Below, one piece after another: positions 13,030-25,150 of a DNA stretch of 64,000 nt; the stretch's first letter is position 1; the number at the start of each line of letters is the position of its first letter. The position numbers and the translations under genes are program-made. Under the pieces are notes generated by a model. The model made no database searches, was not told the DNA's origin, and saw nothing but the letters and a program-made list of their open reading frames with translations. The DNA lies in the NCBI RefSeq assembly GCF_006345805.1, contig NC_042999.1:25792001-25856000 (forward strand), written 5' to 3'. Source of the stretch: Octopus sinensis (lineage: Eukaryota).

Positions 13030-13980
13030 TATCAACAAAGAATGCAAACCATATTTCATAATGTGAATGAGAGAATCAATGAGAAACTTAGTGGGAGATT
13101 TATAGAGCAATGTTGAGAGGTATATAACGGAGAGTAAGTGGAATTGAAGGAGAGCTGAGGGATAATGTGAGCTAAAAGAATGAATATGAAAATGGAAGAT
13201 AGGAGAGGACCGACGGTGGTCGGAGAGAAAGAGAGAACGGGAGAGAGAGAAAGTTTTAGCTGGCATCGAGAAGAGTAATGTAAATAGGTAGAGAGACGCA
13301 GAGGTGGAATGTGGGAGAGTAGTCGAACAAATGGAGAAAGGGAGGAAGGTAGATGGAGATTAAGAATATAGGGAGAGTGAATGTGAAAATAGTAAGAAGA
13401 TAAACAGAGGTGGAATCTCGTGGAGATATCTAGAGAAAGAGGGAGAGAGAAAGATAGAGAGGGAAAGAAAAAGAGAACCAGTTGGTAAAATATGGAAAGG
13501 AAATCTATCAAACGAGATGGGGAAATAGAAATTTGAACAAATTAGTAATATAGAAAATAATGAAAGAGAAGGTAGACTAAGAGAATGAGAGAGGGAGAGA
13601 AGAAATAGACAAATGTGAGGAAGAGATTAAAGCAGATAAATATATTATGAAGAGTAAAGAGACGGGGAGAGAAAAAGTAAGGGTTACAGACAAAAATATT
13701 AGAGAGGCAGAGAGTGAGAGAGAGAGATAAATAGAATGAAGCAATGAATAACAGAGAAAAGACGAAAGACGGGGTGAGAGTGGCCTACATATGTTTTCAA
13801 ATTAGGCCATTTACTACGTTGTTGAGAGAGGTAGAGAGAGAGAGAGAGAGAGAGATAGAGCGGGAGAGAGAAAGTTAAGTACATTCTTAAAAAATGTAAT
13901 GGAATGAGCTATATACAAGTAATCAGATTGAAAAGCGAGCGTGAGAGTGAACGCGTGAGAGCGAGAGTGAGAGAGAAAAA
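13030..13980 (+). repeat. Degenerate purine-rich (GA) low-complexity tract
   Basis: Strong A/G strand bias with (GA)n islands. It explains the hydrophobic minus-strand ORFs here. Confidence 0.7.
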
Positions 13981-14350
13981 ATATTGAATGAAAGAAGAAA
14001 ATTCCACGGCAAATAGGGTTGAGAAACGAAGTAATCTACTTCTGGCTTCAAAGACCTATTTTTCTTGCCCCATTCCAAAAGGCATCACCAATCATAGGCT
14101 TCCGCCTTTTCCATGCATAAAGTAGTTCGTTACTGAATCAGTCTTCTGCCATTAGATGATAAATCCATCGAATATCTTGTCTCTGTATCTTTGATGTTGT
14201 CACTTACTCGCAGGTATGGCTGCCAGATTGCGAAATCTACTTCCACATGTGCCGGGTGTGGGTTCACTCCCCATGACCAGTACATGTAGAAAATGATTAT
14301 TGGTAATGCCTCAGTCAGAATAATACAATGAGAGTGAAGTTAGTAGAAGG

Positions 14351-14396
<46 letters not shown>

Positions 14397-14401
14397 CATA
14401 C

Positions 14402-14476
<75 letters not shown>

Positions 14477-14677
14477 GGTGAATGAATTATCCTATGATTA
14501 TCGTCAGCATGGAAAATTCGTTTAACCGAAACCTGGGCAGCAAATTCACGTCAGAAAACACGGTTGAAGCGACCTGTCAAGGGTAGAAACTCCGGTTTCT
14601 TGTGTAGAAATTTGTGTGTTGTATATGAATGAATGAATTAACATCTTCGTTCGACTCCATTCTTTCATTTATTCATA

Positions 14678-14722
<45 letters not shown>

Positions 14723-14723
<1 letters not shown>

Positions 14724-14879
14724 TTTATTTAAAGCAGCAGAAAATTCAACAAAACCTGTTACTCTGAGTTTCCCGTTGCGTTCATCGGACGGTTTTTGCT
14801 AGAAAAAAAATGTCGATGAACGGCGACGGGAAACTCAGAGTAACAGGTTTTGTTGAATTTTCTGCTGCTTTAAATAAAG
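14723..14879. repeat. Fold-back element with a hammerhead-like motif in each arm
   Basis: Arms ctttatttaaagcagcagaaaattcaacaaaacctgttactctgagtttccc / exact reverse complement. Minus arm reads CCGATGA-ACGCAACGG-GAAA-CTCAGAG-TA. Plus arm reads TCGATGA-ACGGCGACGG-GAAA-CTCAGAG-TA. Confidence 0.75.
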
Positions 14880-15360
14880 CATATTACTCTACCACTGGTA
14901 TTTGAGTACATTTATGTGTTTACTCCGGTATATATATATATATATATATTATGGCCGCCCCCACGTTATCGAGTATGGCCATTGCACGAAGCTTAACTGT
15001 TACTGGTGCGCGGGTATATAGAAATAAAATATATATATATATACACACACACCTCATACGCACATACACACAAAGTGGCGCACGAAATATAGCTAATGGG
15101 TGTTCAGGCACCTAAAGTTGAGGCCATCTCGTTTCACATGTGTACAGCAATTAGAAGTGGACGACAAGAGCAAACGAAATAAATTACTGCACATAGCTGC
15201 AGAATAGCAATTACACGTGGTCAAAATAACACAACGACTCTTGCAGAGAAGTTTGGCGTTCTTTTTTCGTGCGTGTAAATTTATTTGTGTATTTACGTTA
15301 TACAACGAAAACAAGCTCCTTTTTCATGCGCTAACTTGTGTGTGAGTTATATATATATAT

Positions 15361-15602
15361 AACTTATAAACAAGGGCAAAAGAAAAATTATTTCTCTTCC
15401 AATATGCTGAGAACAGACTTTAAATCGTTAATGTCCACATTACACGAAATTTAAAAAAATTCTGTTAGCTTGGTTTCCTCGATTACAGCACGACGTGTAT
15501 TTACAGTGAATGTATATTGTAATGTGGAAATTGACGATTTAAAGTCGGTTCTCAGTATATTGGCATAGAAATAATTTTTATTTTTGTCCTTGTTTATAAG
15601 TT
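15361..15602. mobile_element. MITE-like element with ~85-bp imperfect terminal inverted repeats
   Basis: 15361-15444 vs 15518-15602 (aacttataaacaagg.caaaa...gactttaaatcgt.aat.tccacattaca). It abuts a (TA)n tract. Confidence 0.65.
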
Positions 15603-15688
15603 GTTTAGAATTTTAACCTTTAAATGTATTTTAATATGCTGCCACTTTTGATGAATTTTTTCTGAAAAAATATTATCCTATATAAGTA

Positions 15689-15734
<46 letters not shown>

Positions 15735-16105
15735 CGTAACGTTTGCCACCATAAGAGTATTAGGAAATAGGGTATATACACCATAATGAATTTTTATCAA
15801 ATTTCCCAACCCCATCATTTTTTTTCTTTCTCTTTCATTTCTTGCTTAGTCTAATCTATTTTATATTTTCATGAAAGAATTATTTGGAAATCATTACACA
15901 TTCATATAACGAACGATCGTTTCACGATAATACTATTCTACTATTCAATTATTGTATTTATAATGCACCTGTTTTAAAATGGCATACAGGTTGTGTACAA
16001 CTTTTTAAAAATTGAAATCCAAAACTTCTTTCATGAAAATGAAAAGCAAAATTTTGATTTAATACTAAATTGAAGTTTACCATGTAAGTTTGGAGTTTTA
16101 CTCCC

Positions 16106-16199
<94 letters not shown>

Positions 16200-17849
16200 A
16201 CCAAAGTAAGCACATCAATGTGCTATTCTGAAACGATGTGGAAAAATAGTACTCGAATAACGGAGGTAGAGTAATATGCTTTATTAATAAAGTGAAAAAG
16301 GCATCAGAAAAGCTTTTACTCAGAGTCTCAACCAAAACTGACCGATGAGCGGGAACGTATGTAGATCAATAAATTGGTAAGATATAACTCAGAGAAATCA
16401 ACCGCATGAATATCAATTATTAAATTAGTATTAGCATATATATTATGTTAATTATGAAACAGTTAATTAGATAATTGTTTCGTGACGGGAAATGCCACTA
16501 AATTAAGCATTAACATAATTTGAATAATTTCAAATCTGATCATGAGCCATTCATAATAGAATTCTTCATTCAAAAAGACTTCAATGCAATTATTGAAAAA
16601 AATAAAGCAAGATTTTGCCAAACAAGGAAGTAGGCATGGGAAAGTAGCTTAATACAGTCGAAGAATCGTTTCTATTGTTTTGATGTCTTAGTCTGTTCCA
16701 GTGAAGAATTTATCATCAAAGCTATGTCAGTAGTGAATAATTTGTTCTCTTATGGGTAACATTTCCATTGTTCTTGTTATTGCTATTGATGTCAATGTTT
16801 AAATTAAAGCCTGGTCTGATCCAAGAGACCTGATATCTTGACCGTGAGCTTTAAAATAAATATGTATCGCCAAACCATTCTGTATAAATTGGCCTTCATT
16901 TCTAACACTGTGTGATCTTATAGAATGCTATTACTATTTCTAGGAACCGAAACGATAAGTTCCCATATACACTTATATATTTCAGGATATTACTTTTCTT
17001 TAGCGTTCAGCGAATTTCGATTTTGTTTTCAGTACTGCATAGAATTAACTTTTTTAGGGTATCCTTCCTTGCTCAATATGTTGGGGTGTGGTTTGAATGA
17101 GATCTGGCTGCTAAGACGGGTCGGTACAGTGAACATGCATTCGAACCCTTCATGGGCTGCTAATACCTACACATTTACAAAACCATAGAGTCATATTATA
17201 TAACTAATACTAGGTTAAATACTGTAAGCGTGAAATTCCAGTGCCTTTTATTGGAGGACAGTTTATTCACATCTCTAATAATATATTATGTCCCATGTTA
17301 AATATAATGCGAAATAAATTCTGCAGCCTACGTTCATCTTTCAAGTTTCCAAAATATAATTTATTAAATTTCTGTTCACATTTGACAACTAAAATAGAAA
17401 ATTAACTGAAATGTATCAAAGTCTATTATAGTCGTATACATCAAAACTGCCGTATGGAAGAGAATTCTCAGAAAATTGTCTCAGAGTTTGACAGTAATAT
17501 AGAACGAAGTCAACATTTCGATATAGGATGAAAAAGAAGTAAAAGCTTAAAAGAAAAACGAAAAATAAAGAAAACAAAAATCACAGATGAAAAACTTGCA
17601 GCTTTTCCGAGATGTTCTTTACGTGCAGAGGTATAATCTTCTGTTCTAAGTTTGAAAGAGATTAATGCTTCATTCCATCATAAAATTATTTTATTGGTAA
17701 TACGTGTATGTACTGAGATATATATGTTCAATAAATAACATACGAATCGATATCATACGTATTTTTAAGTTGCTACAAAAGCAGGTACATACACTTGCAT
17801 ATATATCCGTGCACGGACGGCGCACAAACACAGACACACACACACACAT

Positions 17850-17993
17850 ACACACACATATATATACGTATACATACTTATATGTATATATACCTATATG
17901 TTTGTGTGTGTGCGTGTGTACACGTGTGTATATAATATATATATATATATATATAATATATATATAAATATATGTACACACACTCAGTATATA

Positions 17994-18032
<39 letters not shown>

Positions 18033-18420
18033 ATTTATATATGTATATATGTGTAGGTATACATATATATACATACATATATATATGTGTGTGTATATAT
18101 ATATATGTATATATATATATGTGTATATATATATATGTATATGTATATAATATATATATATATATATATATAATATATGTACACACACTCATTATATATG
18201 CATATATATATATATATATATATAATATATATATATATATATTATATATATATATATATGTGTATATATATATATATACATGTATATTTATATATGTATA
18301 TATGTGTAGGTATACATATATATACATACATATATATATGTGTGTGTATATATATATATATATGTATATGTATATATATATATATGTATATGTATGTATG
18401 TATATATATATATATATATA
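17850..18420. repeat. Long compound (TA)n/(TACA)/(TG) microsatellite, representative of dozens in the window
   Basis: Direct reading. Similar tracts at ~620-730, 30870-31060, 37960-38560, 43000-43160, 43800-44000, 48350-48620 and 54760-55200. Confidence 0.95.
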
Positions 18421-19032
18421 TTAGAAGACTGTGTGGGCGGTACTTAGAATATATGTTGCCATTTGACAAAATCAATGATAGTAATCAGTCTGCCCGAGTG
18501 TGTATCATTACACGCAATAATAAATCTTGCAGAACTAGCTGCACGTGTATGCATTTTGCTGATGTTATGCAATGTTGATCTCTCCCCTTTTCTGCTTAAA
18601 CATACACACACACGCGCGCTCACTCACATGCACGCACACATACACACGCTGACACGTATATGCACACACATACATGCACACACACACATACAGATGTGTG
18701 AGTATGTGGATGGATGGTTATGTATGTACGTATGAATATATATAATATTTGTATATATCTTTCTAAAATATACATGTGTCTATGTGTGTACGTGTTGTGT
18801 GTGTTGCGTAGGTTTCTGAATGCTTGCTTGCAGGTGTCTGTATGTTTATTTTTTCTATTGTTTAACAGCCATTTGTGTTTAACGAATCATGACTTAGCAG
18901 TCCGGCAAGAAGAAACTGTTGAAAAAGTACTAAACCTAAAATGTTAAATGGTATCTGAACAACTCTCTTTTTAAAGATTGTGCTCCATCATGAGCACAGT
19001 TCAGCATGGAGACGATATAAAATATTAATTAT

Positions 19033-19430
19033 GGAGTGGCTGTGTGGTAAGTAGCCTGTTTACCAACCACATGGTTCCGGGTTCAGTCCCACTGCGTGGT
19101 ACCTTGGGCAAGTGTCTCCTACTATAGCCTCGGGCCGACCAAAGCCTTGTGAGTGGATTTGGTAGACGGAAAATGAAAGAAGCCCGTCGTATATATGTAT
19201 ATATATATATGTATGTGTGTATGTTTGTGTGTCTGTGTTTGTCCCCCTAGCATTGCTTGACAACCGATGCTGGTGTGTTTATGTCCCTGTCACCTAGCGG
19301 TTCGGCAAAAAGAGACCGATAGAATAAGTACTGGGCTTACAAAGAATAAGTGCCGGGGTTGAGTTGCTCGATTAAAAGGCGGTGCTCCAGTATGGCCGCA
19401 GTCAAACTACTGAAACAAGTAAAAAGAGTA
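19033..19430 (+). mobile_element. Full-length tRNA-derived SINE family A
   Basis: Head ggagtggctgtgtggtaag (A box) and ccgggttcagtccc (B box). Central microsatellite. Tail gcggtgctccag.atggccgcagtcaa..actgaaacaagtaaaaagagta. Resembles tRNA-derived octopus SINEs; I cannot assign a named family. Confidence 0.9.
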
Positions 19431-19869
19431 TACCTAATTACTTATCAGTTGTAATATTCGGAACCTCAATACTAGAATACTTCTCAATCTTGGAGGGAGG
19501 AGAGACAAATTATCCCTATTGGTATTTGAATTCCAAACTAACAGAAATAAGAAAAACGGAAGAATTTCCATTGATGCTTTTCTTCCCTGTTCTAATGATT
19601 TTTCGCTTCATCCACCCGTATTATTGGTATATTAAAGCGCCAAGAAACGTTAACACGCCAGGCAAAAGGCTAAGTGGCCTTACGTCAAATTCCACCGCAA
19701 TCGAAATTGCATTTATTTCATCCTTTCGAAGATGACAAAATACGAACCGATTGAGAACCGATGTAGTCGAATACCCGCATCCCGAAAGTGCTGGCCTTAC
19801 ACAAAAACTTGAAATGAATATGATAGTGGTATGTATGGTGGCGAGCTGGCAGAACCGTTGCCCTGCCTG

Positions 19870-21375
19870 AAAAGAAAAATTTGGAAAAGAACAAATATCA
19901 CCCTTTCATAGGCGACTTGAGACTCTTTAGAACAAATGAAGACCAGCTGAATTCACGGATTGAACAGTGTATTATTTTATCGAGGACATTGGAATGGAAT
20001 TTAGACTGCAAAATACGTTAAAAAGTCCAACAAGTGGATGTCATGAAGAGGCCTACAAGAGAGGTAATGAAGAGAATAGAAAAAGCAGGATACAGGCATA
20101 TGCGTAAACTGGGCGTTGGTGAACTTATGGAAAGTAAAATAAATAAGTTATTCTCTAGGGAGTATTGCAGGAATTGATTCTGAAGATTAACTCGAATGTA
20201 AGGAATAAGTTCTAAGCCATTATTCATGCGCATTTGCTCTCTTGGGATGAAGCAGAAGTGCAGCGAATATATCAGAGGCATCGCAAAGTTTGGATAAGAA
20301 AGTAGCGAAACTGCTGACAATATACAGACCCTTCTAACTAAAGAGTGATGTTGATATCTACACCTTACTAGAAATAAAATGAAGGAGGTGATTGAAAAGT
20401 TGTAAGGATTGTACTCCGACAAAGGAAAGCAACATTGTTTAGACTATAAAAGGGAGCATTATATATACAAATAAGGAAGATAGTTCTATTACATACGAAA
20501 AGCAACCAGGACATGCTAAATTTCGAAATAATGGCACAACGATTTGATAAAGCCAGTGGAACGATAAGATAATGCACAGTCGTTTCTTAAGAGAGATTCC
20601 GCGGGACGTAGACTCAGATGAAAAAAGGTTGTGGTTACAAAGGAGCGATCTGAAACCCTAAACGGAGGCCTTGATACCTGCAGTGCGGGAACACTCATTG
20701 AGATCTAAATACGTCACGCACAGAATTGGCTAATCTGCAGAATCTGAGAATTGCAGAATGTATAGTGGTACCGATGAGACACCGTATTTTTCAGCCAATT
20801 CTTTAAACAAGTCGACAGAGAATCCAAGAGAATGCATAGCAATGACGACAGAATTGTCCACTGGAAACTAAGTAACACATTTCGATTGAAAAGGGCGAAA
20901 GGATGTGGTAGAAAATAACAGGGTTAAGATGCTTTGGAACTTCATGATTCAATGTCGTCACAGAGTTAATCATCAGAGAGCCGATATTGTACTGGTTAAT
21001 GAAGAAAACACATGCCTGATCATACCCCCCCACCCCGCTTGCCCTATTGATTACAGAGTCGTCGAGGATGGGGAATCTAGAGGATAGAAATCAGAAAGCT
21101 GTGGTTAATGAGAAAAATGTATATACTTCCAATATTTGTTGATGCGCGAGGAATATACAGCAAAAAAAAAAAAACTAAAAATATGTTGGCAATGTTAGGT
21201 ATAAATACGAATAGAGAGCACATGCACGAAACAATATTACTTCGTAGCGCAAAGAATCTCTCTGGAATTCTGGAGATTTGAAAAGAAACCACCTCCTTAG
21301 TTCATGGTAAGTAAACAAGTGGTATATTAATGATACCTCCAGCAATAAGTCCAGCAACAACAATCATAATAATTC
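19870..21375 (+). pseudogene. R4/Dong-type (RLE) non-LTR retrotransposon, 3' half, decayed
   Basis: IGDLRLFRTNEDQLNS (MDDLKLF), EDIGMEF, KSDVD, ENNRVKMLWNFMIQC...RADIVLVNEENTCLII (RLE PD motif), RKLWLM..YILPIFVDARG. Ends in short caa/taa repeats. Confidence 0.8.
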
Positions 21376-21804
21376 TTTCGACTATATGCACATGGCCTGA
21401 AATACGCGGGTGTGAGTGGGGGGATGAGCTAGTTGATTACACCGACTATTCGACTGCAGCGTGCAGAAACTCCAATGTCAGTTTTCATAATATTTACACA
21501 AAACTGTTTGATTAAATATTCTTCCTTTTCCTTTCCTTTTTCCGTTTCTTTTCTACTTTTTTGTCTATTTTTACTTTCTTGTGTGTATAAGCCATTTAAA
21601 ACGCTCTTATTTTCCAAATCGTTTGCCATAACAAATAGTAAAATTAGTGAATGATAGAGGTTTCCAGAACATTGTCAATAAAATATATATCACTAAAATA
21701 AAACTTTCCAGCGTATCAAAAATACCGCACATTACGCAATTGATTTATTTCTCGTAAGAAGTTTTCTGAATAATTAAACACAACCTATCTTGGCTTTATA
21801 TTTA

Positions 21805-21900
21805 ACAGATGAGGAATTAGGTACATTATTTACATTTGACGGATATTTGTCCTCATCTTCTATGTTGTTAACACAACGTTTCGGCTGATTTACCCTCCAG
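21805..21900 (-). repeat. PLE-like terminal repeat with truncated hammerhead
   Basis: Minus strand ...actggagggtaaatcagccGAAACGTTgtgttaac keeps the stem II 3' arm, GAAA and a palindromic stem III. The CTGANGA half is lost. Confidence 0.45.
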
Positions 21901-22692
21901 TCGAATAGATTTTTTTTTATACTTCTACATTTTCCAACACTCACACCAATCACTCTCACTGCAACTCTTCATAATTGATGATCGTTAATTAATTTTTCAT
22001 TAACATCTTAGAAATCATCAGATGAAACTAAAATGAATTGTAATCAAGTACTTTTTCAACCCCAATAAATACCCAATAAATATCACACACATCACGTTCG
22101 CGCACGCACACTCACACACCCACATACACATATGTACGTAAGTATAGTAACATATAGTTATTGTATATGTATTTTTTAGTTTCATACGTCAGTTTTCTTT
22201 AAATAGAAGCACATCTTAAAAAGTTGTTGCCTAAATCCTAATATTAAAAGAAAGATATTTGACTAATCTTTACGCGAGAGAAAACGGCATTTTGAGTGAA
22301 TGAGTTTTTTTGTTAGTTGCAACACCCCTTTAACAATTTGTATAATTTGTATTCAAATTTTTCAAGTGTTTAAATTATTTGTTGACGCGTGTGTTGCTGT
22401 GGCTGGTTTGAACGATGGTCATTCTTTGTATAAGAGATTTTATTATTAAATGAGAAAGAAAATAATGATTAATTTTCATGGTGATTTGTGTAATTGCTAG
22501 ACTAGTACAAGACGGCTGCCAGATTGACTTCACAGATAGATTTCTTAATTATCTTTTCTGAAGTGGTCGTATTTCTTCCTGCTAAACAAAATATGCAAAC
22601 TGTTTGCTATACCTAAGCTACTTCAGTTAAGACTAACTTAAGAAAAGTTCCTGGTTGTGCTAGATAACCATTTTCCCTATAATTATAGATAC

Positions 22693-22888
22693 GACTGTCG
22701 CTACCAACGATCGAACGGTCCGGTGAGGTCCTCAGATCTGGCCGACGAGTCCGCTTACGCGCAGCGGCCTTCCGCGCCGTCGTCGGTGCGTTCTCTGATG
22801 GCCCAGAGAAGACGACCGAATCGGATCGCTTAGACGAAGTAAAATTCGTAACAAGGCTTCCGTAGATGAACCTGCGGAATGATCATTA
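22693..22888 (+). pseudogene. 18S rRNA 3'-terminal fragment (helix 44/V9 to the mature 3' end), retrocopy
   Basis: gtcgctacc..cgat.gaacgg...gtgaggtcctc, an expanded V9 hairpin (gccgacga/tcgtcggt), then gaagtaaaa.tcgtaacaagg.ttccgtag.tgaacctgcggaa.gatcatta, the universal 18S 3' end. Substitutions in invariant positions indicate a pseudogene. Confidence 0.95.
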
Positions 22889-23121
22889 AAGGCGGCGAGC
22901 TGGCAGAAACGTTAGCATGCCGGGCGAAATGCTTAGCGGTTTTTCGTCTGCCGTTACATTCTGAGTTCAAATCCCGCGGAGGTCAACTTTGTTTTCGTCC
23001 TTTTGGGATCGATAAATTAAGTACCAGTGGCGCAATGGGTCGATGTAATCGACTTAATCCCTTTGTTTGTCCTTGTTTGTCCCCTCTGTGTTTAGCCCCT
23101 TGTGGGTAGTAAAGAAATAAG
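22889..23121 (+). mobile_element. Full-length SINE family B (tail type 1) fused to the 18S fragment
   Basis: aaggcggcgagctggcagaaacgttagc ... gagttcaaatcc (B box) ... cccttgtgggtagtaaagaaataag. Co-linear with 56227-56457. Confidence 0.9.
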
Positions 23122-24032
23122 AATTATAGATACACAGGGATCTTCGATCAGTGTTCCATGAAGGTAAGTTATATTGCGATCCTAGGATGAAGACGAGTAG
23201 GTGAAGTAAACTCACCATATGCAGAAATTCTGATCCTCGGTGGAAAGAGACATCCGCATTAAGCCGATGAACTATAATAACTAGTAAGTACATAAATTTC
23301 AGAACAGACCTTATTACAACTATCCATACAGGTAAATCAAAACTATTCACCTGAAATTTACGAGGATATTACCATAACTACTAGAATTAGCAATCAGCTG
23401 CACAAATGACCATGCCAGTAAATAAACACTAATTGAGATATTTCTCTAAAGTTCTTATCTAATTACAGAAAAAAAAATATCCATAATAACTTTATTTGAA
23501 TACACGATCTCTATTAACCAATTTTTAACCGACTAAGGCATCCGAATTATCCATCCGACAGCACACAAACCAACAACGAGTTGAACCATTTTACCGACAG
23601 TCAACCGTGCCAGCCTTAGTTTTCGGCGCAAAAAATATAGTAACGTGATATCAACGCACGGTATAGTGAAGACCCTACATCATCGTCAACCGCTCAAAAC
23701 TTATCCTAAAGATATAATAATTTGAGCTTTGTTTGTTCTATAAAAACAAGACATATTCTTCCTGAATTCCGATCAGAAGGAAGGTACTTAGTTGAAGCAC
23801 CTTGTTAGGTCGGGATAATATATGCACCCAACAATATTATGTAAAAACCATGAAACATGTCTGTAGATGTCTGACTAGCAAGGTGAAGCGGCTGACCTCC
23901 CCTGTTCGAAGGTTGTAATGGACGCAGTTTCGTGTCTCATATAGCTAGCTAGAGGCGATGGCTTCTTGGAACTAATCAGCGACAGTTTTAGTCTTATATT
24001 CATAGACTGCCATATTAGTATGGCGATAACTA

Positions 24033-24070
<38 letters not shown>

Positions 24071-24226
24071 TAAAAAATGGAGTTAATGCAGGTTTAAACA
24101 AGTATTTTTACTTTCTACATATGTTTCGAAAATTCCACTGATACTATTCAAAAGAATAAAAGGTATAAACAATGCAATCTTCTCTTCGGGAAAATACACT
24201 CATCTATTATATATATATATATATTA

Positions 24227-24260
<34 letters not shown>

Positions 24261-24345
24261 TTCGAGACAAAACCACTATTTTGCAAAACAAACAAGGAAA
24301 GACTTAATCAATACATACTAATTTTTAATATAAAGAAATAAACCG

Positions 24346-24388
24346 CCACTACAATCGTTTCATGTCTTCAATGACATTCGTCAGGAGG
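24346..24388 (-). ncRNA. Minimal type I hammerhead ribozyme motif (left arm)
   Basis: CCTC-CTGACGA-ATGTC attgaa GACAT-GAAA-CGATTG-TA-GTGG on the minus strand. One stem I mismatch relative to the right-arm copy. Confidence 0.55.
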
Positions 24389-24448
24389 ATTTTCGATCTC
24401 CTAACCTGTTTTAATTCATAAATTAAAACAGATTAGGAGATCGAAAAT

Positions 24449-24491
24449 CCACCTGACGAATGTCATTGAAGACATGAAACGATTGTAGTGG
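24449..24491 (+). ncRNA. Minimal type I hammerhead ribozyme motif (right arm)
   Basis: Stem I CCAC/GTGG; core CTGACGA (24453-24459); stem II ATGTC/GACAT; GAAA (24476-24479); near-palindromic stem III ACGATTGT; GTA triplet, predicted cleavage after 24487. Confidence 0.7.
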
Positions 24492-24664
24492 CGGTTTATT
24501 TCTTTATATTAAAAATTTTTATGTATTGATTAAGTCTTTCCTTGTTTGTTTTGCAAAATAGTGGTTTTGTCTCGAATTAATATTATATAATATTTTACTA
24601 TAAAATTGGATTTAATCCTAAATCTGATTTTTTCCCTGTAAATTTGGATTTATTCCCTAATATT

Positions 24665-24701
<37 letters not shown>

Positions 24702-24929
24702 GATAAATATATTCATGCATTTATATATTTAGTTACATGCATGTATATCGATATTGATATCAATACTTTGTTGTTCAATTTCTTTCAAAATGTTTTCTAT
24801 ATGCTTGCAAAGTTTAAATCAGGTCTTTGGCATTGCCAACTCGATAAGATTTATATCTTTTATCACGATTACTATGATGGCGTTGGCGACGTTGATGTTG
24901 GCGATGAATGTGGGGATGACGAGGAGGAA

Positions 24930-25012
24930 GATGACGACGACGACGACGACGACATTGCTGGAGATAATGACATCATTAGGACAGCCATGAAAATGAACCA
25001 CTGCTGCTGCTG

Positions 25013-25052
<40 letters not shown>

Positions 25053-25071
25053 CACCACCAATACCACCACC

Positions 25072-25140
<69 letters not shown>

Positions 25141-25150
25141 GCTGCTGCTA
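24930..25150. repeat. Compound triplet microsatellite (GAC/CTG/CTA/CCA)n
   Basis: Direct reading. Confidence 0.95.

Larger units (their letters stand above)
24248..24589. repeat. Near-perfect ~340-bp palindrome of PLE-like terminal repeat
   Basis: Arms ~168 bp, 4-nt loop cata (24417-24420), only a handful of mismatches. Flanked on the left by (TA)n. Confidence 0.9.

Noticed and set aside
12694-13511. 190-aa and 151-aa hydrophobic ORFs resembling membrane proteins
   Set aside because: They arise from the pyrimidine strand of a GA-rich low-complexity tract and have no family motifs.
23130-23144. IHRDL, resembling a kinase catalytic loop
   Set aside because: It lacks the downstream Asn (HRDLxxxN) and any other kinase subdomain.
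23900-23985. Minus-strand GAAAC-TGC-GTC with upstream CTGATTA
   Set aside because: The core is non-canonical and there is no convincing stem II or stem I.
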